Shown: in pieces, positions 27,831 through 40,800 of the stretch
Position numbering within the stretch: the first letter of the stretch is position 1
Layout: each line of letters starts with the position of its first letter
Source: Nageia nagi
Lineage: Eukaryota; Plantae; Pinophyta
DNA: 64,000 nt
Direction: 5' to 3'
Assembly (NCBI GenBank): GCA_050084985.1
Contig: JBITNC010000002.1
Coordinates: 11,222,001 to 11,286,000 of the forward strand
Made by a program: the position numbers and the translations under genes
Notes under the pieces: model-generated
Seen by the model: only the letters and a program-made list of their open reading frames with translations
Database searches by the model: none
What the model was told of the DNA's origin: nothing

Positions 27831-28687
27831 ATAGTAGCCAATAATCAAGCTAGAAAGTCAAAGTAAGACTACCAATAATACAAAACTTAATAGAATTTTG
27901 TTGAATTAACTGTCGCACCTCGGGATAAGATATCGTGGACTAACCACCACCCTCGGTATGGGACTAACCACCCTGCGAGGTGTTCTTATACGGTGCTTGT
28001 ATCAAACTCTTGGCAACTATAGAGCCATAGTTTTGATTTAGGGCCTTTGCCATTTTGGGTACTAGATTGATTTTACTATTTACAAGTTTAATCTTACTAG
28101 AGTGATATATGTTCTATCATTATGACATTATCTACTAGACTGATTTATGCTCCTAATTAATTTTCAAATTTTGATTCATACTTGATGAATGATTTTGTTT
28201 ATTGATGATTAATGTGAATGTTTAAATTGAAATTTCAGTTTTAAGTTCTGTGTACATGATTGAATTGATAAATATTAAATAATAATGAATTTGAAACAAT
28301 GAAATATCAAAAATCTAAAATTTTTACTAGTATTATACATGTCATTCCCATCGTTCCCTGTCATCCCTCAAAAATGGCCCTCCCCGTACCAACGTTCTCA
28401 TGTTTCTTGGCCTTGTGGAACCTTGATTATTGATGATTTAATATTAAAATATATAATAACAATAATCAACACTTAACAAAAAAAAATTATTAAAAAACTT
28501 CATTACATTATGAAAAGTGATAATATTAATAAAGTTAAAAAGCGTCGTAATAAAATTGCAAATCAAATAAGTGTTACAACAGAATAAAATTAATTTGAAA
28601 AAAAAATTTAAGTGTACTATTCTGAATTATAAAAATTAGGAATAACCACAAACTATATCAAGAAATGCAAAATAAGCCAAATATGGA

Positions 28688-29474
28688 TGTTAAAAATCAG
28701 ATCTGATATTATTTGATGCTCAAAAGACAAGTACAAATTGTCCAAATGGCCTCAAGGGCTGGATGTCTAACTGCAAATGCCCACAACAGAGTAACAAGTG
28801 CCCAAAAAACTAACATTTGGCTTAATAGCCAGATCTAGTGCTCCAACTCCTCCAGAAGGGCTGATGTCACACTCCTGGGTTGATGATCTAACTGAGCTGA
28901 ATGTTGAAGTCTTCCAACAAGGTATTCGGAGCTTCATGAGGCTCCAATGGTGGCAGGAGCTTGATGAGGCTCCATCGAGGGCATGAAAGCTTAATGAGGC
29001 TTCTAATCCTGCAAATCAAGGGTGGTGCTAGCCAAGTAGCAAAGAGAATGATCAAATGTGCAAAGATATCCTTCTCCCATACATCAACTCCTTATACCCA
29101 AACATCACAACTAGAGGCTAGATGTCCACCTTGGGATCCCAACTTCGCATTGGTTCATGCATGCTTGGACGATGGGGCTTAGGGAGCATGGTTATGCCTT
29201 GGGATCATACAATTCACTCCTAAATGCATTATTTATCTCAAGGAAGGCCAACTCACAATTATCCTTGAGATTTCCAAATAAATAATAAATGTGCCTACTC
29301 TTTACTAAAAGAGGGAACTTATACAATAAAATACCAAATCACACCTAATTAATTAATAAATATAGTTTTATATTTATTTAATCATGTAATATTCCAATTA
29401 TGGAATGTTACATAAAGGGATTAAAAATTAAATAGTATAAGCACTAAAAATTAATAAAGTTAATATTTCTGACA
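28688..29474. mobile_element. Possible solo LTR
   Basis: Inverted ends TGTTAAAAAT...ATTTCTGACA and LTR-like composition, but the flanks (ATGGA / TATCA) are not a TSD. Confidence 0.35.
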
Positions 29475-29561
29475 TATCAATTTTACAGAATTGAATAGAA
29501 AATTTAAAAAATATATAATATTTGAAGTTTGAAAAATATAAGTGAAACGTGTTAAAAAAAA

Positions 29562-30113
29562 GGGCAAATTACAAAAATAGCCCTAACAAATCCATAAATT
29601 ACAAAAATGGCCCTATAAAATTTGTATTTACAGAAATGACCATCATCCTAAATCATGACTGCATTCAAATTGTTTGTTGGGCATCTCTCATACTCTTTTC
29701 CACAAGAGAAATAACCACCACCTCTACACAGTCCACTCCCCAACTCATCACTACACTCTGTAAAAAGGGTCATCTCAAGAAGACTGTGTGTAGACTCCTC
29801 CATGTATGTCTATCTTTTACAGTGCTGCATTCAGAATAAAGTTAAGTGTAGACATGCTCTCATTCTCACTTGCAATCAGCTGAAATTCACAGAAAAATGT
29901 ATTTTTGTATAACATCAGATGGGATTCTTAAGGATGCTGAAAATCTTTATATGGAAATGCAGCACAAAAACAGGAGAGTGTGAGAGATGACCATCAAACA
30001 AGCAAACAATCTGAAATAAGTCATAACTTAAGGTGATAGGGCCATTTTTGTAAATTAAAATTTTACAAGGTCATTTTTGTAATTTCTCAATTTATAATTT
30101 TTGTAATTTGCCC
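29562..30113. mobile_element. Mutator-like MITE / possible Pack-MULE (552 bp)
   Basis: Long imperfect TIRs (GGGCAAATTACAAAAAT... / ...ATTTTTGTAATTTGCCC, ~140 bp) and a 9-bp TSD TAAAAAAAA / TAAAAGAAA. Confidence 0.75.
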
Positions 30114-32364
30114 TAAAAGAAATTTAAAGGAATTTAAAAGTTTAAGGAAAGGTCTAATAGGGCAAGAGGAAATATATAGTGCTGTTAAAGGGAAAAAAAA
30201 TTATATGATATTATAAATACTTGTTTGTGTGCAGGCTGAACACAGCAGAGGGCCGGATGTGCAGTGCAGGCAGAATGCCAAGGTGAAAAGAGGGTTTTGC
30301 ATGCAGAACATGGTGGCGGAATTGGAAGGCACAGAGGTGTGCATGGCATACATAGGTGCAAAGGAATAAAGGGTGCACATGGTCTACACATGCCGCTGGT
30401 TTCTCACGACTCTAATGAATGCATTTTGATGAAAAGGGCATTTTGTTATTAAACGGCTGTTGAAAAAAATGGCAAAGGACCGTATTGAATAAGAATTTCA
30501 TGGACGCTGCTTGGTTGTCATTGCTTCTTCAGAAATTCAAACAAATAACGGTGTTTAAAAGTTCATATCATTACCTTTCAGTGAAAAACAGTGGCAACCA
30601 TTTCTGTAAAAATACAAAAATAGTAAACACAACCAGGGAAATTGACCCTATAAGGTGTAGGAAGACCTTGATGTGTGATTTTGTATTGCTTAAAGCAATA
30701 TTTGTGATAGCAAAAAAAGTGAGGTATTAGCTCAAGATGAGTAATATGGCCACATTACCAAAGTTTCTAATGAAGTTGCCACAATTTATCGATATATACC
30801 ATTGGATACTAAAAACCGAGCAAAAACCTAGAATCCAATGTATCTTCAATATTTAAAGCCAACATATAGAACTATTAAAAGTGCTAATGGGGGTTTGGGT
30901 GACTATTAATTATATGTGGGACCAAACCCAAAATACAATATTACAATACTTGTATTTATAAAAGAGTTATCAACAGTGATATTAAACTCAGGTCTAGTAA
31001 TTGGACATCATCATTATCATGCCTACTTTTTCTTTTCAGGCTTCTTAATCAGGAAATAAATTTCAACTTCTAAACAGATACATTTTTTAATTAACGTGTA
31101 TGACCAAGATATGACCAATGTTGACTAATATAATTGAAAGTTGAAACATACTACCTAACAACATACCAAGGCATCTACCAAAACATCTCCATAACATAAA
31201 ACTAAATATAACATGGTGTGTAACTGTTTTACAAAGGACTGTCTGAGGAGGACTCCAATGTTAATACTTGAGAGAAGTTACAAAATTGTGAAAACTCTTA
31301 AACCAAAAACTAGCATTCACCATCCGGACATCCTTTTAGCTCCCAGGATAATTTACATACGAATTTTGTTACAAGAATCTTCTCACGAGTCTATTCATTA
31401 GCTAGCAATGCATGCAAACAAGAACAATTACAGAAATTGAATAAAGATCAATACACAATTCTTATTTTAAGAAATGTATCCTATATCACTTGTAAAGGCA
31501 TGCCATCTGAGAATCAGGGATACATGGGAAACTACTTCTTATAAAAGCAAAACTATAGCATTTGATTCATCAACCCAAGGAGCAAAAAATCTGAATCCTT
31601 TTTGAAACCATTGAATCTTTCCTAAACAATCATAGCCAGTTTCTTTCAAAAAGTACTCAACCCTTCTACACAGAGATGTGAACTACCTACATGAAAAGTC
31701 AGTGTATCTTCCCGACAAAAGTAAATCTGTAAGAAGCAATCTTACCATCTGTTACAACTGCTGCACCCTTCTCTAAGCATGAGGACATCCCAATAAATAG
31801 AACCTTGCCAAGAGCATGGGCAACTTCCTACAAGCTACAACTATGCCAAAAGGTCCTGGAAGATTATACTCCCTCTTACTAAAAAGAGTTCAGATAGCAT
31901 GAACTCTAAATTTACTTCAGTACTGACCATAAAAACTAATCATAGCAGTTCTCTTCAAACGGGTTATGATATTATATATTAAAGTGGCTTGACTGCAAGT
32001 TGACCTCCGCAACTAACCAGATAATAATATCTTGAAAACTCTTTGCAATGCCTTAATGTCTAAATCTGTTGCACTTAAGAGGTGTGCTTATATTTATTTG
32101 GCATAATACATCAACATTTTAAAATACACACTTCTGGCAGAAATTCCAAAATTCTGTTTGCCATGGCAACAATACATCACCGGATTTGATAAGTTATCCA
32201 TATGTATTCTTTACCATATGAATGTCTAACTAAAAAGGTGAAACACAGGGTATACAATATTCATTAGTGAATAAGATACACCCACGCTTTTGAAAAGGAT
32301 ATAAGTTTGTCGTAATCATGCTGATTAATTCTTAATATCTAAAAGATGGGCAAAGCTTTTTGAC

Positions 32365-32529
32365 CTGAGGCATTCTGTCTCCCAGTCTTTTGTTCCTTGA
32401 ATAGCATTCCACAGGTCTACAACACCTACATCCATTTCCTTTGCCACTTCCAAACAGGCTTCAGCATACTCCTGTGCACGTTCATTTGTACGATCAGGAT
32501 AATTACCAGCATGGCTACCCCACTTGCGT
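32365..32529 (-). CDS. SGNH/GDSL esterase, internal coding exon
   Basis: atacag|A...CTCAG|gtcaaa, 165 bp, phase 2/2. RKWGSHAGNYPDRTNERAQEYAEACLEVAKEMDVGVVDLWNAIQGTKDWETECL(S) has the family RTNE...YA.AC...VDLW pattern. Not listed in the ORF track. Confidence 0.93.
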
Positions 32530-33499
32530 CTGTATCCAACATTTATTATTAATCGTTATAAAAGATACTGAAAAGATATTAAAACATCACAATAATCTCA
32601 TAACTTTCTAAAGTCTAGATTGAAAATCATCACTTTACAGAAACTAAACTTTAAATACCAGGGAGCAGCCATAATTTTTAAGAACATATAACAGGACAGA
32701 ACATAGACGTTACTTTTGAAAAGATGGGAAACAATACATGCCTAAAAATTGGTATGAAATACAGTGTCCCCCAAGTTGGGAATAAACGCCCAAAGAAAGC
32801 TGCATATATCGGCATGGTTCAAAAAGCATCAAATCTAAAATCAAACTAACTTCAGGTTAATGACCTGTAAGGATCAGCCCATCCTCAATCTAGAAGACGA
32901 GCTTAGTATATGATTAAGCAAGCATTAGTAATCAGTAATGAAATGTAAAAGTTTGATTTTAGACTATAAGGCAACACAACCAGGGTTTTTTTCAAGTTCG
33001 ATTCATCGTAAAATGGCTATTTTCAGGATTTCTAAAATAATTTGAGTAAAATATTTTTCTAAATAGCCAAAATTTTATAATAGGAAATTTTGTTTACTGG
33101 TTAAATAGCAAAAATGTAAAATCATTTAAAAAAATGAAATTGAAATACACATCTCCAAGAAAGTAAAAATTAAAATTAAAATAGCCAAAAAATTATAATA
33201 AAAATTTATTAATCTTAAAAAATTGCCTAAATATTGTAATTACACTATTTTATATTGTAGAAATAGTCAAAATTTAATAAATATTATTTATATATTTCCC
33301 TTGAAATTTGAAAATCAACAAAAGTTAAAGTCTCGAATCCCTATATAACTTTGAAAAATTTAATTTAAAATAAAAAAGAAAAATTATTAGGCGAGCAACA
33401 AAATTCATTTCCCACATCCTAGCAACCCCTTTTGCATTTAATTATGCAATTTTTCACACTTGGCGATGAAGAGAGGAGGGTCTGCGAGGTGTAATGCCC

Positions 33500-34850
33500 T
33501 ACTCTGCAACCTTTGTGGCATTCTTTCAGCATGTGCCACCATGGAAGCTCTAGTAGAAGGTATGGACTTCCATCAAAGAGTTGAAAATGGCTATCATTGA
33601 ATTGTTGTGGTTGTGAGTGCCCTTATCCATCTAAATCATATATAAATAGATGGAGAAGTAGGTGGCCATAAGACCACCTCCATCGCTTTTGAAGGCAATG
33701 GTCTTTTGTTGTTGGCGTTTTCACTATCAGACAATACCATCACTTACCCACCAAAATGATATGAATATCACTCTCCTACAACTCTATCAATACATGTGAT
33801 TGAAGGACGCAATGCAAATTTTGCAGATACATACTACTCTCTATGCTCTTCAATATGTCTTCAACTCTTGAGACTTACACCGCCAACAATGCCCTTCCAT
33901 AAAAAAATTTAACCTTGCATCCATAAACAAATTTCTGCAAAAAGACTTATCCACATGTATGTCAACTACGGAAGTTTGTAGACGCCCACGAAGTTGTCGA
34001 CTATATGCCTGAATGAACCCCTGCTCATGGAATATGATAATTTCAAGTTACCAAACAATAGCAGCAGTCAAACCAAATCAATTCAACTTTCCAAGCATCC
34101 TCAAAGCATGCACCAAACTAGGCGATTCGCAACAAGGTTTATACATACATCAAAGACTCTCTAAAAGTGGATTTCTATCAGATGTTGTGGTTTTGAGTAC
34201 CTTGGGAGATATGTATGCAAAATGTGGAACCATAGAGAAGGTAAGCACATTGTTTGATAAAATGCCTCATCGAGATACAGTCACATGGACTACAATGATC
34301 GCAAGAAATGCACAAAATGGGTTTTTTGATAAGGCCCTGGAGACTTTTAAGCAAATGCAAATGTCAGATTTAAAGCCAAACTCTGTAACCTTTGCCAACT
34401 TTCTTCCAACATGTGCCACCATAGGAGCTCTTGAAGAAGGTATGTACATCCATCAAAGAGTAGTTGAAGATGGTTTTCCATCAAATATTGTGGTTGTGAA
34501 TGCCCTGATGGACATGTATGAAAAATGTGGAAGAATACACAAGGCCCAGGAATTGTTTGACAAGATGCATGATTGTAGGATATGCACAAAATGGATTTTC
34601 TGAGAAGGCCTTGGAGACTTTTAAGCAAATGCAATTGTCAGGTGTAAAGCAAGACTCCGTAACCTTTGCCAACTTTCTCCCAACATGTGCCACCATGGGA
34701 GCTCTTGAAGAAGGTAGGGACATCCATCAAAGAGTAGTTGAAAATGATTTTTCATCAAATATTGTGGTTGTGAATGCCCTCATAAACATGTATGCAAAAT
34801 GTGGAAGAGTACACAAGGCCCGATAATTGTTTGACAAGATGCATCAATAA
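33500..34850 (+). pseudogene. PLS-class pentatricopeptide repeat (PPR) gene fragment, antisense within the host intron
   Basis: SWNMII..., PNQFNFPSILKAC, DMYAKCGTIEK, TWTTMIARNAQNG and NALINMYAKCG repeats, with frameshifts, a stop at 34824-34826 and no E/DYW tail. Confidence 0.85.
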
Positions 34851-35446
34851 TAAATTAATATGAAGAACATCAAGGGAATGATAATGGTATTAATCTCATT
34901 CTTAAATGAATTTATTTGTGCCCAGTTCATTCATTTTTTTATACATATTAAATATTACTATATGCTGTCTCCAACGATCAAATTGGTTTTAAAATACATC
35001 ATTGAACTGTAGAGCTTATTAGTGCTTATAATGTTTATTGTTGAATGCCATAGTTCTTTTAAAAGATTCATTACACATTCACATAGCCTAGGAAAGCTTA
35101 TAACTCAGTATTATTTGTTACAAATATAGATTAGGTGTCAATAGGGTGTAAGCATGTCCATGTTGAAACTTGAGCCATTCAAGATCTAATGTCACCTCTA
35201 TATTGCAAATAAAGGCTGAATTCCCAAGCATAATACAATTATGAAACTTTTTGTTGTATAATCCCAAATTTAGTCATAACATATAGTCATTCTTCAAAAG
35301 AAGACTCTATTGGTTGAAGTGTTTTTGCTATTTAAATTTTGATAACAGAATATTGGCTTAAGGGTTAGATGGGTGCACACGAATGCTAAGACTTTTGATC
35401 CTTGATTTGGGATTTGACCCTTTATGTATGCATATATGTATTTGAT

Positions 35447-36678
35447 TGTGATGATCCAAAATGCAATTTGGATACAAAATAGGCAAATTCACCCTCAATC
35501 ACCTTGACATCAGGCCGATATCCACAACAAACTTTCAAACCCTCAAGATGGCAACGTTAGGGTTAGGGCATCCATAATCCACATGCACAACATTAATATA
35601 CCCACGTCTGGCTATAACATGCAATATTCAATCAACAATACACCACAATGCCGACGTATGATAAATACAAGCATATACAACAATGATGATCCAACGCATG
35701 CACAAAATGAATAAACACAACAATAGTATGAGATCCAATTGCCCTTGGCAGTATACAAATGATATGGAATGATGAAATACAATACCAAACCTAGGAGGGC
35801 TAACGTTGGCCTCTCAGGAGCCAACTAGGGCACAACACAAATATCCTCTAGCTGGAACAATATCAACACCATGGGATAGTACGCTCCCTTAGAACTAGAA
35901 TCCTCTCCATCGAAGGAGCCCTCCTCTGACCTTGAATAACCAAATGAATGGTAGAAGCAATACCTTGAAATACCATCGAGTAGGCGCTGCACCAATGCTG
36001 TAGACAAATAGGATCCCTCAGCCTGAATGCCCTCTAGACATTGCGCCTAGGAAGGTTGCTTAGCATTGCTAAGAATTGTCCTCTGGATGATATGAAAGTA
36101 TAATGATCAAAAGTATATCCAGTAATGAGGCTCCAAGGGTTAATATAGTCTTTTCAGATCTGAATTACACCTCAATGTCATCACCCAATCCCCTCATGCC
36201 CCAATGTTGGCACCTAGAAGTCAATCTAGGCCCAATGTGGGTATTTGGACCTCCCTAATGCTCCACATGGACCCAGGAATGCATGCGTGGGTCTAGGAGG
36301 CACACGTGGTCACTTAGGGGAGAAATGTGGCTCTCAAGGGCCAACATGGGGGTCTAAGAGTCTCCCCAAGGCTGGCGCAGGTGTATTAATGCTCCCAATC
36401 TCAACGTTGGAGCCATTAAGTGCTCATCCTTCCACTAGATGCTAAATAGACCTTAGAATTCCCACAATCATGTATTGAGATCTCCAAGTATAATAAGAAA
36501 CCTAATCTAAATTTAAGAGGGAGACGTCCCACTTGGGACTCATAATGGGGTCCACTGACCCATTAAATCTCCTATCCTAAGTTACAAACATGAACATACA
36601 ATACATTAATAAAATATATTACAAGAGATCCCAATTGGACCTTATAATTAAGTACAATTGTGCAAAGGGGGCATCACA
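35447..36678 (-). mobile_element. Solo LTR, family B copy 2 (1,232 bp), inserted in the OTU-like domain
   Basis: TGTGATG...CATCACA ends and perfect TSD TTGAT (35442-35446 / 36679-36683). Shares blocks (gttagggca, aacgttggcctc, ggagccaactagggcacaa, ggatccctcagcct) with 10014-11381. Confidence 0.85.
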
Positions 36679-37833
36679 TTGATTATGCTCATCTGCAACT
36701 TTTTCTCTTAAGTCTTGACCTAGATTCTTCAAGATGCTATCATCTGGACATGGTTCTTTTCTTTGCACACACAACCCAAAAGCAATGGCTCTGAATAAGT
36801 AGTTTCCATCACCAATCATTTATGACACTACGAGATTTTCATATTCCTCTAAATCCTTACCTGCTTTGTCTTTTCCACATGCATTCCCATTACTCCAAGA
36901 CTTTTCACACTTAAAACAAAGTTGCTCCTTTCTCAACTGATTCTTACTCTTGTGTTTATGTTATGAATTTAGTAATTCTTTAGTAACTTTTTGCTGCGTG
37001 TTTTCCTTATTCTTTCTTTGAGCTTTGCCTTCATGTCTTAAGTTTTCATGAGACCCAGACTTTAGTGGAGATCTAGATTTTGGTGGTGATCTAGATTTTG
37101 GTGGAGAACCTCCCTTACTCACTATGCCATGTAATTGCAAATAGCTTCTGAAAGAAAGATGCTTCCTGAATTATGGAATTTTCTTTGGTACCTGTTATAC
37201 AAATCATCAATTTCTGGAATTCCATTATCCAATGGTTGAATTCACTCTTCTGACTTTTGATTGTCAATTTGGAATTTTTGTGAATTTGAATTTCTTTGTT
37301 GAGGTGTTTGTAATGAAGAATTTTTATTCTAATTTGTTGGTGAAGATTTTTCACTTTGTTTTGTTGGCGTAGTTCCCTTATAGGATGTCTGACTATGGTG
37401 AAAATTATATTGGTCATTTTCTGGAATTGTTTTTAGCCCAAACACTTCATATATTCTATTGCTTATTTCCGCCATAGCTTTAATTGCTTCTTCTTCGAGT
37501 GTTGCCTCTTGTGGATCTATTTCCCAAGTGAGGTTTTTCTTTGGATTTGGTTCTCTTCTCCGCAGATGATATGTGTGCTTGATGGGAGGTCTTTGTTTCA
37601 TAGGAAAACCCAATCAAAGACTAATTTGATGTGAAACTACTGAAAATATTCATTAATAATAGCCGGATTTGTTGGATCTAATAGATATGAAAATAATATG
37701 ACGGGATCTGCAATACCCAAAATCTAAAAACCCTAGATCTGATAAATCTACCCAAAACTCTTGTAGATCTACTCAAAATACTTGTGGATCTATTAGATCT
37801 TATAGATCTCTCCATAGGATGGCAAGATCCAAG

Positions 37834-37843
37834 TCTGATACCA
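37834..37843 (-). promoter_or_regulatory. Primer-binding site (tRNAi-Met)
   Basis: TGGTATCAGA lies one base inside the LTR end at 37845. Confidence 0.8.
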
Positions 37844-40800
37844 TTGTAATGACCCAATTCTGATAATTTTGCAAACCCTAGCACAAAGACTAATTTCTTC
37901 CACACTTAATTCTGATTTACAAAAAATAAAATTCTGATTTATAATTTTTATGCATAAAACTAATTAAAAATCACAAACTAGGGCAAATCACAATAATCTT
38001 TAATAGATCCAAAAGAATATGAAGTACAATGTATAGATCTACTCACAAACCAATAGATCTACAATGCAATGCTTGCAAACCCTTCAAATTTGAATACCCA
38101 AAATGCAATATATCAAATCTGGTGTAGAACACTGTGAATACAACCAATAATGATGGATCTTATCAAATCTGCCCAACAAATGCCTTCAACTGGCTGAATA
38201 CTCAAAAAAGTCACTTTGCTTCTCTCAAGCTAAATGGCCCTTCCGAAAGCTTCAAAATGGATGCAAAGTGCCCGAAAATGCCTCTTAGGGTTAAAAGTTT
38301 GACTTAGAATACTAAGACTGATGCTGGAAACCCTAAAATGTGATGTAGAAGCCCTCTAATGGCTGAATAACAATCTGATCCCTCAAAATGGTGCAATGAT
38401 GCCCTAGCTGGCTGAATACACACTGAATGCTGCACAATTAATTCCAATGAAGTCCAAATGCAAACTCTAGATAGGTTTGCATTCAAGAGAGTTAGGGTTT
38501 TATTTTCGTCTCTCTCATGATCCAAAGGTTTTCATCCCTTAATCAATCTTCTACAAGTTTTCGTCCGCAAAACTAATCTCTCGTAGGGTTTCATCCACAA
38601 GAGAGATGTGATTCAGCTACAAACCAAATTCCACAAGAAGAAGAAATAATAAAACATTCAAGTTATCCAAATGAACACCCCTCACCTTCTTTTATAGACA
38701 TAATGTTCTAATCCTTCGTTGACGAATCCCAAGGTACCCATTATGACTTAAGGCTTAGTTTACAAAAAAAAAAGAAAAATAATTAATGTTATGTCTTCTA
38801 AAACATTACCATTATATCTCCCCCTTTATTATTTAATTATTTTCTTTTATTTTTATTTATTATTTTTACTTTATTAAGCCACATAAAATACCATGCAAAT
38901 AATAGAAAATGCAGACATTACATTATTACCAACATAAATGTTTTAATAAATCAAGTCTTCAAGATTACCAAAGTTACAATTTCATAAAACAAGGTTAAAA
39001 GTAACTAAGAAATTAAATGTTTAAACAATGTGAACATAACAGGAATATATAAATCCAGAGCAAGAACACCCTTACAATTTTATTCATGTAAGTATATAAA
39101 TATCCACGCAAGAGAAGGACCTATTCAAAGAAAATAAGGAGCAAAGATGAATGCCAAAAGCTGGATACCAACTCTAGATACTAGAGTTACCACATGCTGG
39201 TATATTTGTCCTCCTCTCTTAGGATCCTTGAATAACCACCACACCACAATATATATGATTATATACATAGCTCACCTTACCTTGTTCTATTTGACTAATA
39301 CTAGCTCTACAGTGTAAGTTATCTAATTTTTGTTTTGTGCAAGCCAACCATTGCCTCCTATGTCTATATTACTCATTATCCCAAATTACATTGTCCTCAT
39401 GGTTCTCACCCCAAGAACCATTCATACCATAGTCATGACATTCAGATTCGATAAATAATCCTTTGGGTTCAAACTTCAAACTTTTGAAATTCAGCCAACT
39501 GGACAATATTTGTTAAAAGAGAAATAAATTGAAAATGTAAAAGTATACTAGATATATATAACATGCAATAAGTGGCAATTATTCAAGAATCTTCATAGAT
39601 TATTAGACAAAAAACATATATTTGTGAAAATAAGTGATTTTTGCCAATTTTTTAAGCAATCATTCATTTTCATTGACTAGGAGAATATTCAACCACACAA
39701 ACAGAATATTCACAAAACTTTGTGAATATGATCCATGTTAGAATAATTAATACACTAAGAACTTTAAGTATTTAGAATAATTTGGATATTAGTATTAGTG
39801 ATAATGTTGGATAATAATTATATTAGAGTTTTGTGATAGTTCATATATTTTATTACTCTATGGGAATGTACTCCCGAACAAAGGTTACTCTTGACTCTCT
39901 CATTGTCTCTGATATGGTATCAGAGAAGGTTCAAGCATGAAAACCATGGTCTTCCTTGTTGCCATAAGCTTGGTAAAGAGTGTTGCTTGAATTCATTTTG
40001 TGCACCCACAATGTGCCCTCGGAATGATTATTGTGAGATCAGATCTACCGTATTACAAATGCCTACCCTCGAGATGACTATGTTATGAAGGCAAGCAATC
40101 TGCCCATTGTGTTTGAGAAAGCTGGAGCATAAGAAGTTGTCATTCAACCTGCGCTTTAGCAAAGTCTGTAACAATTAGCAACGTGTAACATTGTGAGGAG
40201 CACCCCATATTGGACTGTTTGAAGTTTGATCCAGACCTACAAACAGACTACACGAGCACCTACTTTTGTTTAGCACGTGCGAAGGAGTACAAGATGTCAT
40301 GAACATTGTGTGAAGTATACACAACAACAAATCATTTGAATGCATTCAAAAATTTGGGCATACAAACAAAAGAAACGACATCGTGAATGAGTTTGCCAAG
40401 CAGTGTGTAGAAAACAAGCACAACACCAACATTGGAGAAAGCTACGCATTGCCCTTTCATCCTGCACACATGCCTGCGTAGGGAAGACACAAGTGTAGTG
40501 AAGCCAGCACTTAGATCCCACACTTTCTCTACAGGTTCATGTGATTTGCAGAAGTTTGTTTGTTGTGGAAATGGAACGAAACTTTTCGTTAGCTAATTAT
40601 TTATTTTAGTAACCTCTTTGGTGAACATGTCCAACGCACACAAACAAATTTAATTGAAACAAGTTGATTTGCTTATAATCTTCAGCCCTATCTGCCAAGA
40701 CGTGAAGGAAATGAAGTTTAACACCTAAAAAATGAAATGCAATTTTTCCAACAGATGATTTACTTAAGTAAAGTCTAATCTTTAATTACCCACCTGCCCA

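Larger units (their letters stand above)
35130..38922 (-). mobile_element. Truncated LTR element encoding a short Gag-like region, a zinc knuckle and an OTU-like domain
   Basis: 5' LTR 37845-38922 (TGTAATG...CATTACA ends) and PBS TGGTATCAGA at 37834-37843. Gag-like frames at ~37600-37000 are followed by NQLRKEQLCFKCEKSWSNGNAC in frame with IGDGNYLFRAIAFG. No 3' LTR found. Confidence 0.7.
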
